The notes under the pieces are model-generated. The model saw only the letters and a list, made by a program, of their open reading frames with translations. It ran no database searches and had not been told where the DNA came from. Of a stretch of DNA of 64,000 nt, positions 1 through 10,193 are shown piece after piece (the first letter of the stretch is position 1; each line of letters begins with the position of its first letter). The translations under genes and the position numbers were made by a program. The DNA is from Gemmatimonadota bacterium. Its GTDB lineage: Bacteria > Gemmatimonadota > Gemmatimonadetes > Gemmatimonadales > GWC2-71-9. Location of the stretch: NCBI GenBank assembly GCA_003222195.1, contig QHVB01000030.1, forward strand, positions 114,883-178,882, read 5' to 3'.

Positions 1-1497
1 ATCACTCCGCCGATCGTTCCCGCGGTGCAGATCGTGCCGCCGCGGTCGCCGACCGCCCTGATCGACACGGTCATCGTGGTCAACGGCCTCACGGTGCAGC
101 TCGCGGGTACGGGGACGATCGCCGACGCCATTTACAATGCCAATCTGCGTGAGCTCTACCTGACGAACCCCGGGCTCAATCGCGTGGACGTCTTCCAGGT
201 CGCGAACACGTCGTTCGTCGCGGGAGGCATCCCGACCGCCGGCGGGCAGCCGTGGGGCATCGCGCTCTGGCCGCGCGACACGCTCGGCGGCTACAAGGAT
301 ACGATCATCGTGGCCGATGCCGGCGGCTCGTACCTCGGCATCATCAACGTCGGTGCGGGTGGACCGCGCCAGATCATTTGGCGCCAGAGTCTGCCCGACT
401 TCATCATCCAGACGTACAAGGTCATCATACAGGCGGGCGGCGCGGTCGTGCACATCACCGACTATCACACGTCCGATCTGCCGCAGTACCTGGCGACGGT
501 CTGCCGGGTGGCGAGCGGGACCTCGGCCTGCCATGCGGATTCGGTATTCGCGATTTACTCCACAGCCCCGACCGGCGCGGAAACGCCGCCCTTCAACGGG
601 CGCGCCACGCTGCGGATGGAAAAACTGATCAACACGACGGATCCCAACCTGATGTTTGGCCACCTGTTCTGGGAAATCGGGACCCAGTCTTTCAACGAGA
701 CCACCGATACCCTGCGGATTTTCCTGAGTCGCGGCCGCAATTTCTCGAAGGTCATCCTGTCGGCGTGCGGCGGTGCGACGATCAACCTTGCCAGGATGGG
801 CTTGGGGGACCGCACATTCACGCGCAACACCGGGAACTTCACGCACGCCTTCATCGGGGAGGGCGGGAACATCACGGCGCAGTTTGCGCGAGTCATGTCG
901 TACGATGCGCGCAACCAGCTGCTCGTGGGAACAGCCGCAGGCTGCAGTACCGGCAACGCGACGCGCGACTCAGGACAAGTCGACATCGACTTCGGCATGT
1001 CACCGGGACGCGAGGTCAGCGACTTCATCGCCAACACCGGCATCAGGGTCGTGTCGGTCGCGACGAACTTCAACGGGCTCACGAATGCCGTGCGCGCGGA
1101 CTCGATCTACTATCTGGATCAGGACCTGCGGCGCATGGTGACGTCCGCGGCGCCGCCGGGGCCATCCCCGCTCACGCCCGGCATGGACATGAACTACTTC
1201 CACGACTTCGCTCCCACGGGACAATGTCCGCCGGGCAGCACGTTCTGCGGCGGCGGCACGGACAAGAACCAGCGGCTGATGTTCTCGGCGAGCCCGAGCG
1301 GCAACATCGACGTGTTCGACACGTTCTTCGGCGCGTTCCTCGGGTCGATACCGGTGCGTGATCCGATCATCGGGCCGCTGCGCGTCGCGCGCGATGCGGG
1401 CGGGAATCAGTTACTGTTCGGGGTGACGCCCACCGGGCTGCTGGTTGTGCAGCTGCCGCCGATCGTCAATCCGCTGCCGGTGCCGCCGCACCACTGA
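1..1497 (+). CDS. Large secreted/beta-propeller-like hypothetical protein, 5'-truncated by window edge
   Basis: Frame is open from base 1. High-GC codon usage; beta-strand-rich with YVTN/WD-like segments (ELYLTNPGLNRVDVF, GNIDVFDTF). Confidence 0.6.
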   Translation: MTPPIVPAVQIVPPRSPTALIDTVIVVNGLTVQLAGTGTIADAIYNANLRELYLTNPGLNRVDVFQVANTSFVAGGIPTAGGQPWGIALWPRDTLGGYKDTIIVADAGGSYLGIINVGAGGPRQIIWRQSLPDFIIQTYKVIIQAGGAVVHITDYHTSDLPQYLATVCRVASGTSACHADSVFAIYSTAPTGAETPPFNGRATLRMEKLINTTDPNLMFGHLFWEIGTQSFNETTDTLRIFLSRGRNFSKVILSACGGATINLARMGLGDRTFTRNTGNFTHAFIGEGGNITAQFARVMSYDARNQLLVGTAAGCSTGNATRDSGQVDIDFGMSPGREVSDFIANTGIRVVSVATNFNGLTNAVRADSIYYLDQDLRRMVTSAAPPGPSPLTPGMDMNYFHDFAPTGQCPPGSTFCGGGTDKNQRLMFSASPSGNIDVFDTFFGAFLGSIPVRDPIIGPLRVARDAGGNQLLFGVTPTGLLVVQLPPIVNPLPVPPHH

Positions 1498-1579
1498 GCG
1501 GGCGCTTACGGGTCCCCCCCCGCCGGGTGCGATACCATACGAGCCCGACCCCGGTCGGGCTCGGCTGTTATAGGGGGAT

Positions 1580-1607
1580 GTAGGGGCGCAGCATGCTGCG
1601 CCCGTAC
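1580..1607. repeat. GTAG-type REP-like palindrome, copy 1 (intergenic, one mismatch)
   Basis: GTAGGGGCGCAGCATGCTGCGCCCGTAC. Confidence 0.9.
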
Positions 1608-1620
1608 CAGGGGGTGAGGA

Positions 1621-2811
1621 ATGACATTCCGGTTCACGACGGCTGGCGAGTCACATGGCCGCGGCCTGGTGGGGATTCTCGAAGGTCTTCCCGCCGGCCT
1701 GCCCGTTTCCGCCGCCGACGTGGACCTGGAGCTCAAGCGCCGCCAGGGTGGCTACGGCCGCGGCGCCCGGATGAAGATCGAATCGGACCGCATCGAGTGG
1801 CTCTCCGGCGTGCGCGCGGGGGAGACCCTCGGCTCCCCCATCGCGATGCTCATCTGGAACCGCGACTGGGAGCACTGGCAGGACGTCATGGCGCCGGAGG
1901 CGGACGATCCCAAGAGCGAGCGGCGCCGCCAGGTCACCCGGCCCCGTCCAGGCCACGCCGATCTCGCCGGCTCGCTCAAGTATGATCGCATGGACGCCCG
2001 TGACATCCTGGAACGGGCCAGCGCGCGCGAGACCGTCGCGCGGGTCGCGTGCGGGGCGGTGTGCAAGAAGCTGCTCCGGGAATTCAGCATCGAGATAGGC
2101 TCCCACGTAGCGGAACTGGGTGGCGTGGTTGCGAAGGTAGGGGCGCAGCATGCTGCGCCCCTACCCGCCAATATGAACGCCGTGGCCGATCAAAGCCCCG
2201 TCCGTTGCCTTGATAAGGACGCGGAAGCCGAGATGATCCGCCGCATCGACGCCGCTAAAGCCGCGGGCGACACGCTTGGCGGCATCGTCGAGGTGATCGC
2301 GCTGGGGGTGCCGGTGGGACTGGGATCGCACGTGTCGTGGGACGCGAAGCTCGACGGCCGGCTCGCGCAGGCGCTGATGTCCATCCCCGCGGTCAAAGGG
2401 GTCGAGCTCGGCCTCGGTTTCGAGGCGGCGCGCCGCAAGGGCTCGGAGGTCCACGACGAAATCCTGCCCGGGTTTTCCCGCGCGACGAATCGCGCCGGCG
2501 GCACGGAAGGCGGGATGACGACGGGGGAGCCGCTCGTCGTCCGCGTGGCGATGAAGCCGATCTCCACCTTGATGTCCCCGCTGAAAACGGTCGATCTCAA
2601 GACGGGCGGCCCCGCGCAGGCGCAATCGGAGCGCTCGGATGTGACTGCCGTGCCGGCGATGGGGGTCATCGCCGAGGCGATGCTGGCGATCGTCGTGACC
2701 GGGGCGCTGCTCGAAAAGTTCGGCGGCGACGCCTTGAGCGAGCTCAAGCGCAACGTGGACGGCTATCTCGCGCAGGTGCGCGCGCGGACGCCGCGGGGTG
2801 CGGCATCGTGA
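1621..2811 (+). CDS. aroC: Chorismate synthase
   Basis: TAGESHG, RRQGGYGRG, RPRPGHAD, ERASARET and MKPIST motifs. Confidence 0.97.
   Translation: MTFRFTTAGESHGRGLVGILEGLPAGLPVSAADVDLELKRRQGGYGRGARMKIESDRIEWLSGVRAGETLGSPIAMLIWNRDWEHWQDVMAPEADDPKSERRRQVTRPRPGHADLAGSLKYDRMDARDILERASARETVARVACGAVCKKLLREFSIEIGSHVAELGGVVAKVGAQHAAPLPANMNAVADQSPVRCLDKDAEAEMIRRIDAAKAAGDTLGGIVEVIALGVPVGLGSHVSWDAKLDGRLAQALMSIPAVKGVELGLGFEAARRKGSEVHDEILPGFSRATNRAGGTEGGMTTGEPLVVRVAMKPISTLMSPLKTVDLKTGGPAQAQSERSDVTAVPAMGVIAEAMLAIVVTGALLEKFGGDALSELKRNVDGYLAQVRARTPRGAAS
2137..2164. repeat. REP-like palindrome copy 2, in-frame inside aroC
   Basis: Perfect GTAGGGGCGCAGCATGCTGCGCCCCTAC, read as VGAQHAAPL. Confidence 0.92.
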
Positions 2812-3326
2812 AACGGCACATCGTGCTCATCGGACTGCCGGGCGCGGGCAAGAGCACGGTAGGCAAGATGGTGGCGGAGCGGCTGCATACGGCGTTCGTG
2901 GACATCGACAGCATCTTGAATCGCAAAGAGGGTAAACCGATCTCGATGATCTTCGCCGAGAAGGGCGAGCCCGCGTTTCGGGAGATGGAGCGCAAGGAAG
3001 TCGCCGCCGCGCTGGCGAATGAACCGGCGGTGATCGCGCCGGGCGGCGGCTGGGCGGCGCAGCCCGGCGCGCTGGATTCCGCAAAACCTCGCGGGTACAT
3101 CGTCTATCTGAAGGCGCGCGCCGAGGTGGCAGCCGGCCGCGCCGAGCCGTCGGGAACCCGGCCCGTTTTGATGGGTGATGATCCGCTGGCACGCATGAAG
3201 GACCTCTTCACGCAGCGCGATCCATTCTACGCGAAAGCGGATGCGACGGTGCTCACGGAAGCCAAGAGTGCGGAAAACGTAGCTGCTGAGGTCGTAAAGC
3301 TTGCGCAAATGAGCGCCGGTTGGTAA
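2808..3326 (+). CDS. aroK: Shikimate kinase
   Basis: GTG start overlaps the aroC stop (GTGA). P-loop GLPGAGKS, GEPAFREME, GGG and RPVL motifs. Confidence 0.93.
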   Translation: MKRHIVLIGLPGAGKSTVGKMVAERLHTAFVDIDSILNRKEGKPISMIFAEKGEPAFREMERKEVAAALANEPAVIAPGGGWAAQPGALDSAKPRGYIVYLKARAEVAAGRAEPSGTRPVLMGDDPLARMKDLFTQRDPFYAKADATVLTEAKSAENVAAEVVKLAQMSAGW

Positions 3327-3361
3327 AGATGCAAGCCCGAAGGTTGAACTGAGGTTGATCG

Positions 3362-5752
3362 GTGACTGATAAAGAAGAAGAAGTGATACCAAAAAAGAAG
3401 CGGGCTCCGCGCAAAAAGGCCGCGGAGAATCCGCCGGCGGAGACCGAGGTGACCGACGCCGCTCCTGCAAAGGGCGGCGCACTCGTCATTGTCGAGTCCC
3501 CGACCAAGGCGAAAACGATCGGCAAGTACCTCGGCCGTGGCTACACGGTCAAGGCAACCGTCGGCCATCTGCGGGACCTCCCCAAGCGCGAGCTCGGCGT
3601 CGACGTCGAGAACGGGTTCACGCCGAAATACGTCACTATTAAGGAAAAGGCGAAGACCCTCGCCGAGATCAAGAAGGCGGCCAAGGCCGCCGATCGCGTG
3701 CTGCTCGCCACCGACCCGGACCGGGAAGGGGAGGCGATCGCCTGGCACGTCGCGTCGCAGCTCAATGGCGCCGGCAACGGCAAGATCCGCCGCGTCCTGT
3801 TCCATGAAATCACGAAAGACGCCGTCGCCGAGGCCCTGGCGAATCCGCTCGACATCGACCAACGCAAGGTCGACGCCCAGCAGGCCCGCCGGGTCCTGGA
3901 TCGCCTGGTCGGCTACAAGGCGTCGCCGGTGCTCTGGAAGAGCATCAAGACCGGTCTGTCGGCAGGTCGCGTGCAGACGGTCGCCCTGCGCCTGATCATC
4001 GAGCGCGAGGAGGAGATCCGGAAGTTCGCGCCGCAGGAGTACTGGACGATCGCCGCCGATCTCGAGAAGGACGGGCAGCCGTTCCAGGCGCGGCTGCAGA
4101 AGCTCGGCGGGCACAAGCCCGAGATCAAAACCGAGCAGGCGGCGCGCGACATCGTCGCCGAAGTCGAGAAGCTCCCGTTCGTCGTGACTTCGGTGGAGCG
4201 GGGAGAACGCCGCCGCAAGGCGCCGGCCCCGTTCACGACCAGCACGGTGCAGCAGGAAGCCGCGAAACAACTGGGCTTTTCCGCCGGGCGGACGATGCGC
4301 GCGGCGCAGAAGCTGTACGAGGGCGTAGAGCTCGGCGACCAGGGATCCGTGGGTCTGATCACCTACATGCGCACCGACTCCGTGCGGGTGTCGGACGCCG
4401 CGATCAAGCAGGCACGCGAGTACATCAACGCGCAGTTCGACAAGCGCTACCTGCCCGCTGAGCCGAATGTCCATAAAGGCGGACGGGGATCGAAGGTCCA
4501 GGATGCGCACGAAGCGATTCGGCCCACCGAAGTCGGCCTCAAGCCAGACGACGTGAAGAAGTACCTCGAGCGGGATCTCTTCAAGCTCTATCAGCTGATT
4601 TGGCGGCGGTTCCTGGCGTCGCAGATGTCGCCCGCGGTCTACGAGGCGACGAAGGTCGACTTCGACCTGGCCAACGGCCGGTTCCTGTTCCGCGCCACCG
4701 GCTCTCGCGTCCTGTTCGACGGCTACCACGCGCTCTTCAGCGAGGCGCACGAGGCGGAAGACGCGAAGACGCTCGACAGCCTCGAGCCGATTCCGCCGCT
4801 CAAGGAAGGCGACCGGGCCACGCTCAAGCAGGTCGCGCCCAGCCAACACTTTACCGAGCCGCCGCCGCGCTACAGCGAGGCGAGCCTGGTCAAGGAGCTG
4901 GAGCGGCTGGGCATCGGCCGGCCATCCACGTACGCCGCGATCATCTCGACGCTGCGCACACGCTGGTATGCGACCGCCAAAGACCGGCGTTTTCAGCCGA
5001 CGCCGCAGGGCGAGACGGTCTGGAAGGTGCTCAAGCGGTCATTCCCGGAGGTCTTCGAAGTCGGGTTCACCGCGCAGATGGAGAACGAGCTGGACAAGGT
5101 CGAGGAAGGGGATCTCGACTGGAAAGCGGTGCTCGGTGACTTCTGGGGGCCGTTCAATCGCGCGCTGGAAGCCGTGGACATCAACAAGATCATCCACGAA
5201 GTGCACGATCTCTCGGGCGTCGCCGCCGAGAAGTGCCCGAAGTGCGGCGCGCCGCTCGAGGTGAAGAGCGGCCGCTTCGGTCCCTACATCGCCTGCTCGC
5301 GCTACGCGTCGAAGGAGTGCGGCTACTCGCGATCCATCAAGAAGGACAAGGTGCCCGACCGGCCGTCGGATGAGATCTGCAAGGAATGCGGCGCGCCGAT
5401 GGTGATCAAGACGGGACGGTTTGGCGAGTTCCTGGCGTGCACGCGCTATCCCAAGTGCAAGTACACGCAGCCGGTGCCGCTCGGCATCAAGTGCCCCCAG
5501 TGCGGCGTGGGCGACCTCGCGGAACGGCGCACCAAGCGCGGCCGGACGTTCTATGGTTGCCTCCGCTATCCGGACTGCGATTATTCGACGTGGAACAAGC
5601 CGGTCCCCGTCCCCTGTCCCAACTGCGGGTTCGTCGGGATGGAGCAGCTCAAGTCCAAGACGACGGGAGAGACGACACGCAAGTGTCTCAAGTGCGGGCA
5701 CCAGATGGCAGTCGAGGAAGCAGCCCCCGAAGCGGAAGAGGTCGCATCGTAG
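3362..5752 (+). CDS. topA: DNA topoisomerase I (type IA) with C-terminal zinc ribbons
   Basis: IVESPTKAK, ATDPDREGEAI, SAGRVQ, ITYMRTD, GIGRPSTY and repeated CxxC ribbons. Confidence 0.97.
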   Translation: MTDKEEEVIPKKKRAPRKKAAENPPAETEVTDAAPAKGGALVIVESPTKAKTIGKYLGRGYTVKATVGHLRDLPKRELGVDVENGFTPKYVTIKEKAKTLAEIKKAAKAADRVLLATDPDREGEAIAWHVASQLNGAGNGKIRRVLFHEITKDAVAEALANPLDIDQRKVDAQQARRVLDRLVGYKASPVLWKSIKTGLSAGRVQTVALRLIIEREEEIRKFAPQEYWTIAADLEKDGQPFQARLQKLGGHKPEIKTEQAARDIVAEVEKLPFVVTSVERGERRRKAPAPFTTSTVQQEAAKQLGFSAGRTMRAAQKLYEGVELGDQGSVGLITYMRTDSVRVSDAAIKQAREYINAQFDKRYLPAEPNVHKGGRGSKVQDAHEAIRPTEVGLKPDDVKKYLERDLFKLYQLIWRRFLASQMSPAVYEATKVDFDLANGRFLFRATGSRVLFDGYHALFSEAHEAEDAKTLDSLEPIPPLKEGDRATLKQVAPSQHFTEPPPRYSEASLVKELERLGIGRPSTYAAIISTLRTRWYATAKDRRFQPTPQGETVWKVLKRSFPEVFEVGFTAQMENELDKVEEGDLDWKAVLGDFWGPFNRALEAVDINKIIHEVHDLSGVAAEKCPKCGAPLEVKSGRFGPYIACSRYASKECGYSRSIKKDKVPDRPSDEICKECGAPMVIKTGRFGEFLACTRYPKCKYTQPVPLGIKCPQCGVGDLAERRTKRGRTFYGCLRYPDCDYSTWNKPVPVPCPNCGFVGMEQLKSKTTGETTRKCLKCGHQMAVEEAAPEAEEVAS

Positions 5753-5776
5753 GGGCGCAGCATGCTGCGCCCCTAC
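5749..5776. repeat. REP-like palindrome copy 3 at the topA/trmFO junction
   Basis: Perfect 28-bp palindrome. Its TAG (5750-5752) is the topA stop, and its VGAQHAAPL frame is the trmFO frame. Confidence 0.92.
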
Positions 5777-7104
5777 AGGTAATTGGCGGCGGCCTCGCGG
5801 GCTGCGAAGCCGCCTGGGCCCTCGCCGAGCGAGGATTGCGTGTAACGCTGCACGAGATGCGCCCGATCAAGATGACGCCGGCGCATCAGACGGAGAGCCT
5901 CGCCGAGCTGGTCTGCAGCAACACTTTCAAATCGGTCGAACCCACGCATGCGCACGGCCTGCTCAAAGCCGAGATGCGCGCGCTCGGGAGCATCGTGCTG
6001 CAGTCGGCCGACGAGGCGCGGATTCCCGGCGGCAGCGCACTCGCGGTGGATCGCGTGGTGTTCTCGGCGCGGGTGCAGGAGCGCGTGCTCGGTCACCCCA
6101 ACATCACGCTGGTGCGCGGCGAGGTCACGGAGCTCCCCTCGCCGGGCATCGTCGCGACGGGACCGTTGACGTCCGACGCACTCGCGCAGGCGATCGGCGC
6201 ACGGCTCGGCGTCCAGTCGCTCGCGTTTTACGATGCGATCGCGCCGATCGTCGCGGCGGACTCGCTCGATTACACGCGACTCTTCAAGGCATCGCGGTAT
6301 GGCAAAGGCGGCGGCGACGATTACTGGAACGCGCCGCTCACACAAGCGGAGTACGAAGCATTCGTCGCCGCGCTGATCGCGGGCGAGCAGTACCTGCCGG
6401 CGGGCGGCCACGAATTCGACAAAGTCCCGTACTTCGAAGGCTGCCTGCCCGTCGAGGAGATGGCGCAGCGCGGGATCGAGACGCTCCGGTTTGGTCCGAT
6501 GAAACCCATCGGTCTGCCAGGGGACTCATATGCCGTGGTTCAGCTGAGGCAGGAAGACCGTGCCGCGCAGATGTGGAATCTCGTGGGCTTCCAGACCCGA
6601 CTGAAGACCGGGGCGCAGCAGCGCGTCTTTCGCACGATTCCCGGGCTCGAGCAGGCGGAGTTCCTGCGCTTCGGCTCGATTCACCGCAACAGCTACCTGA
6701 ATGCGCCCGCCGCGCTGACGCCGCACCTCGCCGCGAAAGCCGATCCGCAGCTGCTGTTTGCCGGCCAGCTCACCGGGGTCGAGGGCTACACCGAGTCCGC
6801 GGCGACGGGGATGCTGGCGGGAATCAACCTGGCGCGATTGCTCGCCGGGGACGAGCCGGTCCTGCCGCCGCCCACCACGATGCTCGGCGCGCTGTATCGC
6901 TATTTGCGCGAGACCGATCCGGCTCGCTTCCAGCCGATGAACGCGAACTTCGGGCTGCTGGAGCCGCTGGACGACCCGCCACGCGACAAGTTCAAGAAGA
7001 AGGAAGCGTTGGCGGAGCGGGCGCTGCGGGAGATGGAGAAGTTCTCGGGATCGCTCGGTTCTTCACAGGCTGAAGCACACCCTTCAGGGTGTGAACAATC
7101 ATGA
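5749..7104 (+). CDS. trmFO: FADH2-oxidizing tRNA (uracil-5-)-methyltransferase TrmFO (start codon uncertain)
   Basis: VIGGGLAGCEAA, ELVCSN, YFEGCLP, LRFGPMKP, GQLTGVEGY, FQPMNANFG. Conserved topA-trmFO-xerC-hslVU order. Confidence 0.93.
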   Translation, partial: VGAQHAAPLQVIGGGLAGCEAAWALAERGLRVTLHEMRPIKMTPAHQTESLAELVCSNTFKSVEPTHAHGLLKAEMRALGSIVLQSADEARIPGGSALAVDRVVFSARVQERVLGHPNITLVRGEVTELPSPGIVATGPLTSDALAQAIGARLGVQSLAFYDAIAPIVAADSLDYTRLFKASRYGKGGGDDYWNAPLTQAEYEAFVAALIAGEQYLPAGGHEFDKVPYFEGCLPVEEMAQRGIETLRFGPMKPIGLPGDSYAVVQLRQEDRAAQMWNLVGFQTRLKTGAQQRVFRTIPGLEQAEFLRFGSIHRNSYLNAPAALTPHLAAKADPQLLFAGQLTGVEGYTESAATGMLAGINLARLLAGDEPVLPPPTTMLGALYRYLRETDPARFQPMNANFGLLEPLDDPPRDKFKKKEALAERALREMEKFSGSLGSSQAEAHPSGCEQS

Positions 7105-7982
7105 ACGAGATCACCGAATTCGTCACGTTTCTGGCCAAGGAGCGCAACGACTCCCCCCATACCGTCAAAGCCTACGAGCGCGACGTCAGCGCCTTCGCCG
7201 CGTTCTGCCAGAACTACTACGGCGGCCCCTGGACGTGGGCGGGCGTGGACCGGTTGGCCATCCGCGGCTTTCTCGCGGCAGAGCAGCAGCGCGGCGTCGG
7301 CAAGCGCTCCGTGGCGCGGGCGCTGTCCGCGCTGCGCACCTTCTATCGCTTCCTGAACGCCACGCGCGGGCTCGAGGTGAATCCGGCCCGGGCGGCGCGC
7401 ACGCCAAAGATCGACCGCACGCTGCCGACATATCTGGACCGGCAGGAGACCGACGAGCTCTTCAATCACGCGGAGCAGCGCGCCGCAGCGGGTGGGTTCA
7501 CCGAGACGCGCGATCTGGCGATCCTCGAAATGTTCTATTCGACCGGCGTGCGTCTCTCTGAGCTCGCCGGGCTGAACGACGCCGATGTCGACCTCGTGTC
7601 GGATCAGGTGAAGGTGCGCGGGAAAGGCAAAAAGGAGCGCATCGTGCCGCTGGGATCTCATGCGAGCGGGACGCTGCGCACGTATCTGGCGAAACGTGGT
7701 CATGGCCGTGCGGTGTTCGTGAATCGCCGCGGCAAGCGGTTGAGTCCGCGCGGCATTCAGCTGGCCATGAAGCGGCTGTTCGAGACTCTCGCGCGGGGAA
7801 CCAATCTGCACGTGCACGCGTTGCGGCACTCGTTCGCTACGCACCTGCTGGACGCGGGCGCTGACCTCAGGGCGGTGCAGGAGCTGCTGGGGCATGCCTC
7901 GCTGGGGACCACGCAGGTGTATACTCATACGTCGGTGGAACGGTTGAAGAAGGTCTATCACCAGGCGCATCCAAGGGCATAA
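7101..7982 (+). CDS. xerC: Tyrosine recombinase XerC
   Basis: [55 protein letters not shown]-terminus; syntenic position. Confidence 0.93.
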   Translation: MNEITEFVTFLAKERNDSPHTVKAYERDVSAFAAFCQNYYGGPWTWAGVDRLAIRGFLAAEQQRGVGKRSVARALSALRTFYRFLNATRGLEVNPARAARTPKIDRTLPTYLDRQETDELFNHAEQRAAAGGFTETRDLAILEMFYSTGVRLSELAGLNDADVDLVSDQVKVRGKGKKERIVPLGSHASGTLRTYLAKRGHGRAVFVNRRGKRLSPRGIQLAMKRLFETLARGTNLHVHALRHSFATHLLDAGADLRAVQELLGHASLGTTQVYTHTSVERLKKVYHQAHPRA

Positions 7983-7989
7983 GAAACGC

Positions 7990-8526
7990 ATGCTGCCAGT
8001 CATACATAGCACGACAATTCTCTGCGTCCGCCGCGACGGCAAAGTCGCCATCGGGGGCGACGGCCAGGTCACCGTCGGCGACACCGTGATGAAGGCCAAC
8101 GCCAACAAAGTGCGGACGCTGAAGGGCGGCAAGATTCTCGCGGGGTTCGCCGGCGCCGCGGCCGATGCCTTCACGCTGTTCGAGAAGTTCGAGGAGAAGC
8201 TCGAGCGGTATCCAACGAACTTGCCACGCGCCGCCGTCGAGCTGGCGAAAGACTGGCGCTCGGACCGGGTGCTGCGCCGGCTCGAGGCGCTGCTCGTCGT
8301 CGCGGACGAGGAGCACGGCTACGTCATCAGCGGCTCGGGCGAGCTGATCGAGCCTGATGACGGCGTGCTGGCGATCGGCTCGGGCGGCTCGTTTGCGCTC
8401 GCCGCGGCCCGCGCGCTGCTGGCCGCGACCAAGCTGTCGCCCACGGATATCGTGAAACGCGCGCTCGAGATTGCCGCCGAGATCTGCGTCTATACCAATA
8501 CCAACATCACTGTACTCGAGTTATAG
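7990..8526 (+). CDS. hslV: ATP-dependent protease subunit HslV
   Basis: [31 protein letters not shown]. Confidence 0.96.
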   Translation: MLPVIHSTTILCVRRDGKVAIGGDGQVTVGDTVMKANANKVRTLKGGKILAGFAGAAADAFTLFEKFEEKLERYPTNLPRAAVELAKDWRSDRVLRRLEALLVVADEEHGYVISGSGELIEPDDGVLAIGSGGSFALAAARALLAATKLSPTDIVKRALEIAAEICVYTNTNITVLEL

Positions 8527-8527
8527 C

Positions 8528-10087
8528 ATGGCCAAGGCACCGGTTTCACACCCTCCAGAACCTCCCCCAACCTCCACCGACGCTCCTGCGGCCGCTGGAG
8601 CAGGGGTAGCCGCCGAGGAGACACTCCCCTGGCTGGAGGAGCTCCCGCCCAAGAAGATCGTCGCCGAGCTGGACCGCTACATCGTCGGGCAGGAGGCGGC
8701 CAAGAAGGCCGTCGCGATCGCGATCCGGAACCGCTGGCGGCGCGCCCAGGCGCCCGAAGAGATCCGGGACGAGATCATGCCGAACAACATCATCATGATC
8801 GGCCCGACGGGCGTGGGTAAGACCGAGATCGCGCGCCGTCTCGCGCGGCTCGCCGGCGCGCCGTTCCTGAAGGTCGAGGCTTCGAAGTTCACCGAGGTCG
8901 GCTACGTCGGCCGCGACGTCGAATCGATGGTGCGCGAGCTGGTCGACGTATCGATCAACATGGTTCGCTCCGAGCGCGAAGATGACGTCTACCCCATGGC
9001 GGAACAGCGTGCCGAGGAGCGCCTGTTGGACTTGCTCCTGCCGCCCCTCCCTTCGCCGCCCCCCGCCGCCTCCTCGTCGCCAGGATCACCGAGTCCGGAA
9101 GCGGGCTCCGGAGTCGCCGCCCGGCAGCTCTTCGTGGTCTCGTCGAAGGGTGACGTGCAGCCCAAGGTGCCCGAGGCCGAGACTGAGGCGCAGGAGCGGC
9201 GCCGGCGCACGCGGGAGAAGCTCCGCCAGCAATTGAAGGACGGGCAGCTGGAAGAGCGCGACGTCGAGATCGAGGTGCAGCAGCAGAACTTCCCGATGCT
9301 CGAGATGATGCAGCCGCCCCAGGGCATGGAAGGGCCGGACATCAATTTCGGCGAAATGATTCAGGAGCTGATCCCGAAGAAGAAAAAGCGCCGCACGGTG
9401 CATCTGCACGAGGCGCGTCGCATCCTGATCGACGAGGAGCTGAAGAAGCTGGTCGACATGGACGACGTGGTGAACGAGGCGCTGGACCGCGTCGAGAACC
9501 ACGGCGTCATCTTCATCGACGAGATCGACAAGATCACCGGGCAGCGCGGCCAGAGCACGGGCCCCGACGTCTCGCGCGAGGGCGTCCAGCGCGACCTCCT
9601 CCCTATCGTCGAGGGCTCGACGGTGCAGACGCGCTACGGCTATGTGCGCACCGATCACATCCTCTTCATCGCGGCGGGCGCATTCCATATCGCCAAGCCG
9701 AGCGACCTGATTCCGGAGCTGCAGGGCCGGTTCCCGATTCGCGTCGAGCTGTCGTCGCTGACCGAGGCCGACTTCGTGCGCATCATGACGGAGCCCGAGA
9801 ATGCGCTGACCAAGCAGTACGCGGCGCTGTGCGCGTCGGACGGGGCGACGCTTTCGTTCACGGCGGACGGTGTGAAGGAGATCGCGCGCATCGCGGCCAA
9901 GGTGAACGAGCGCATGGAAAACATCGGCGCCCGGCGGCTGCACACCGTGATGACGACGTTGCTCGAGGAAGTGATGTTCGAGCTGCCCGACTATCCTTCC
10001 AAGAACATCGTGTTCGACGGGCCCGCGGTACGGGAACGGCTGCTCCGGATCGTCGAGGACGAGGACCTGAGGAAATACATCCTGTAG
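8528..10087 (+). CDS. hslU: ATP-dependent protease ATPase subunit HslU
   Basis: [49 protein letters not shown]. Carries Pro/Ser-rich insertions. Confidence 0.96.
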   Translation: MAKAPVSHPPEPPPTSTDAPAAAGAGVAAEETLPWLEELPPKKIVAELDRYIVGQEAAKKAVAIAIRNRWRRAQAPEEIRDEIMPNNIIMIGPTGVGKTEIARRLARLAGAPFLKVEASKFTEVGYVGRDVESMVRELVDVSINMVRSEREDDVYPMAEQRAEERLLDLLLPPLPSPPPAASSSPGSPSPEAGSGVAARQLFVVSSKGDVQPKVPEAETEAQERRRRTREKLRQQLKDGQLEERDVEIEVQQQNFPMLEMMQPPQGMEGPDINFGEMIQELIPKKKKRRTVHLHEARRILIDEELKKLVDMDDVVNEALDRVENHGVIFIDEIDKITGQRGQSTGPDVSREGVQRDLLPIVEGSTVQTRYGYVRTDHILFIAAGAFHIAKPSDLIPELQGRFPIRVELSSLTEADFVRIMTEPENALTKQYAALCASDGATLSFTADGVKEIARIAAKVNERMENIGARRLHTVMTTLLEEVMFELPDYPSKNIVFDGPAVRERLLRIVEDEDLRKYIL

Positions 10088-10111
10088 ACAGCGGTTATGA
10101 CTTTTGGCGCG

Positions 10112-10145
10112 CGGCGTGCCCTTTTGGGGCACGCCGTTTCATTTT
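10112..10145 (+). terminator. Rho-independent terminator after hslU
   Basis: CGGCGTGCCC-TTTTG-GGGCACGCCG stem followed by TTTCATTTT. Confidence 0.7.
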
Positions 10146-10193
10146 GTGGGTAAGAAGTGCGATATAGGGGAGCCCACCGTACCGGAGGATGCT

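Noticed and set aside
3227-4849. Long antisense and alternative-frame ORFs (e.g. 3227-4849, 6900-8174, 13134-14570)
   Set aside because: They are shadows of well-supported genes, expected in high-GC DNA, and show no recognisable motifs.
7101-7982. Tyrosine recombinase as a phage or island integrase
   Set aside because: Its size, motifs and topA-trmFO-xerC-hslVU context identify a housekeeping XerC.
10103-10119. TGGCGC-N5-GTGC as a sigma54 promoter
   Set aside because: Only the GG-N10-GC core matches in GC-rich DNA, and it overlaps a better-supported terminator stem.
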